Below are positions 61,235-64,000 of a stretch of 64,000 bases of DNA, piece by piece (position 1 is the first letter of the stretch; each line of letters opens with the position of its first letter). This stretch comes from Chiloscyllium plagiosum (lineage: Eukaryota): positions 14,072,364 to 14,136,363 of the forward strand of contig NC_057719.1 of assembly GCF_004010195.1 (NCBI RefSeq), in the 5' to 3' direction. A program made the position numbers and the translations under genes. The notes beneath the pieces are model-generated. The model was not told where the DNA came from, did no database searches, and saw nothing but the letters and a program-made list of their open reading frames with translations.

Positions 61235-62290
61235 CTATTCTTCATCAAAATTCATAAGCGGAATTGCCCTTTCTTCCCTTTGTAGATCAGGACACTCCTG
61301 CTTAAAATGTCCTATCTTTCCGCAATAATAGCATCCTGCCTGTGGAGACTTCCATCTCTGCCCCTGTCACTCGAACCCTCTATCAAACGCTCCCCCTTGT
61401 CTTCTCCCTCTCCCTCTCCCTCTCTGTCCTACATGCTGCCACCCGCCGCTCCGGTTGCTCATTATTGGTTCCATTCTTTTCTTAACTACCTCATCAACCG
61501 CAGCTACCATCATTTCACGTTCTGTTTTTGTCTCTCATCCTCTCTCTTTACAAACACTTTCTGTGCCTCTCTTAACAATTCATCTTGTCTCTCATCCTCC
61601 TTTTACAAACACTTTTTCTGTGCCTCTCTTAACAATTCATCTAATGGTTTTTCACTCCACCCTTCTGTCTTCTGTATCTTTCTCTGTATGTCTGGCCATG
61701 CCTTTGTCACAAAATGTGTTTTCAAAAGACCCTGTGCCACTGGGTCCTCAGGGTTCATTCCAGAGTATTTCCACATTGAGTCTCTTAATCTTTGCAAGAA
61801 AGCTGAGGGAGTCTCATCTTTCTCCTGTCTAACTTCAAAGGCTTTAGTCAAATTCTGTGACTTCGGAACTGCCTCTCTTATTCCTTTTAGAATCAGGTCT
61901 TTCAATTCCCTCATTTCTTCTCTGTGCTCCGGGTTTTGGTTTTCCCACTGGGGATCGCTGAGGGGAAACTTTACCTCTCCCTGTCCAGCATCCCCATCTC
62001 CAATCGGGTGTTCCCTGTCCCATATTTAATGGCTGCTCCTCGTATAAGTCCCCTTTCTTCCCCAGTAAATAGTATATTCAAAATAGACATTAACTCAGCC
62101 CATGTATACAGACTGGGCCCCAAATATTGATCAATTTGTTCAGACAACCCCACTGGATCCTCAACCAGGACCTTCATTCCCTTTTTAAATGTTCTGACCT
62201 CCCCACTAGTGAGGGGGGCACTTACAAACCCAATCTCTTTGTCCCCTATTGGTACCTCCAGAAGGGGATAAGTCGTTACGTTCTTCCTTA
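61235..62290 (-). pseudogene. gag: ERV gag (capsid-nucleocapsid), frameshifted
   Basis: YPLLEVPIGDKEIGFVSAPLTSGEVR capsid start; ORF pieces 61971-62177 and 61603-61914; ~57-bp internal tandem duplication at about 61528-61642; CCHC knuckle; TAG at 61237-61235. Confidence 0.85.
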
Positions 62291-64000
62291 TTTTTTTTAA
62301 AGAAATATTGCACTATTTCTAGCTCCCCATAACTTCAAACACCAATTCATGCTTGACTAACTTTTAAAGCCTGTTCCTAACTTGTAAATGTATTTATATA
62401 TTTACGTTCATTTATTCAGTATTTAATATTTAAAATGTAAAATGCATACAGTTCCCAATTTTGAAATCCACTATAATCACCCAGTTTTAGTCCCTTAATT
62501 TAAATCCAAAATTAGTTTTCTTAAGTAGTCCTAACCAATCGTTGCTCAATTACAATACTATAGGTCGTGAAATAATCAGAGCTGCCTTAAAAGAATTTGT
62601 CTATTCAAGTTTAAAAAAAAACTCCTAACGCATGAACAATTACCGAATCCAAGGCCACAGATATTAACCATAGAATTTTGTTTTTACGACAATCTAATTT
62701 GAACTGAAACTTCAACTGTCCTCCATAAATCGCTTTTATGTAAAGATAAAAGAGATTAGTTAGAAACTGATAGTAAGGCAGTCATGATCTATAAAAAGAA
62801 CAGGAGTTATTCTTTTTTCTTCATAATCTCGATAGAATCCTTAACCTTAAAAGAAATCATGTTAAGTTACCATAATAAAAATCAGATTTAAAACAGTCCT
62901 GGAAGTCAAGCTCCAGGGAATAAAACGCAAACATTCAATTACCAACAAACAAATGTTCATTCAAACCAAATCACAAAGGCTTAAACTTTCTACCAGCTGT
63001 ACAGCTCTTTGCATTCTCTCTCTCTCTCATTCAGTGACATATAAATTCAGATATTTACAAACCCAGTCTTCGTCCGACCTGTACTTTGGCCAGAAGACAT
63101 CGGGACGAAGAATGGATTCTGGCCTCACAAGGCTGTTTGACCCCGCTGCAGGTCATTGTTAGGCATATTCTTTCTTCATCAGTATCTACTCTCTCCATCT
63201 GGGCCTCTCCCGAGGCCATTCCGATCCTTATGACCTCTTTAATTGGGGTTTGTTCCTGTGTCTCTGTAAAAGTGGGAAACAGATGTTTATACCTACTGTT
63301 TTTACAGGCGTATCTAGCTTAACTTCATCCCCTCACAACATCTCATCTATTTGCCCATAATATCTACCATTGTTTTGCAATCACGTTTCATGCTGGCATA
63401 CAATTTTAGCTAATACAAAAACAATTATATATTTCCTCCACATCGTTTCCATTCTTGTTGACTCAGCTCTTGGCTAAAACAATTACACACTGGTGCGAGT
63501 TCATTTACTTTTATATAATCAATTAGAATTGCAGAATTGCAGAATTGCAGAAGTAACATTAATTTACCTATATCCCACAGACTTCTGATGCGTGTTTACA
63601 GAGGATGCAGTCAGCATGCTGGACGTCCCCAAGGAAACGCAACACTGAACCTGTATGAGGAAGTCATTATGCTTGTTTTGTTCATGTAGTGAATTCCTAT
63701 TTCACCATTACCACGGTGGGATGCAAACCTATGTCTCCAAAACATTAGTTTGGGTTAATAGTCCCATTACCAATATGCCACCTTTTGTTAAATTTCTAAC
63801 ATGCTGCACAACTCTCTCCTAGCTATCCCTCATCAAATACCCTGTGCACGAGTCCTTTGCATTCTATCCCTTGGCAAATGCAAAGTCCTCAGTGATGCAT
63901 TTCTATGTTTGTATATACGCTTAATGCAGGTAGTCTTTGCAACATTTGGCTTAAGAATGCAGATCTGTGTTAACATAAGTAACTACTACTTGGTATGTGT

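Larger units (their letters stand above)
59766..64000 (-). mobile_element. Defective class I (gamma/epsilon-like) endogenous retrovirus, gag-pro-(deleted pol)-env 5' part; no 5' LTR seen, and the extent beyond ~63300 is uncertain
   Basis: MA-like FWPKYRSDEDWVCKYLNLYV; capsid with MHR-like QEKDETPSAFLQRL; zinc knuckle CYYCGKIGHFKQEC; TAG then in-frame protease; RT fragment FSVIDLKDAFW; integrase end GLSPYEILFG/WEGPYQ; env-like leader. Confidence 0.92.

Noticed and set aside
61307..62029. 240-aa + strand ORF
   Set aside because: Antisense shadow of the purine-rich gag sequence, low complexity, with no recognisable domain.

Overview
Repeat-rich vertebrate genomic DNA. HE1-type V-SINEs plus abundant CR1 and Penelope-like elements point to a cartilaginous fish (shark); this assignment is inference. 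Two spliced genes lie head-to-head. ISCA2 is on the - strand (4 coding exons, 41534->20928, 175 aa) and NPC2 is on the + strand (4 coding exons, 45471->56377, 149 aa). All splice sites are GT-AG and the reading phases join correctly. The ~3.9 kb between their start codons holds two CpG-rich promoter segments separated by a 43-bp minisatellite (40+ copies), which is interrupted by a 621-bp solo LTR, a hammerhead-bearing retro-insert and an assembly gap. The right end holds a defective gamma/epsilon-like endogenous retrovirus (- strand) that keeps an MLV-style UAG readthrough pseudoknot. At least four families of Penelope-like elements carry minimal hammerhead ribozyme cores, often as short palindromic inserts. 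NPC2 intron 1 contains a near-perfect 293-bp inverted duplication. N-gaps: 16562-16581, 17742-18318, 26178-26369, 44760-45259. Repeat boundaries are approximate unless a TSD or TIR is quoted. Human comparisons are from recall, not from an alignment.
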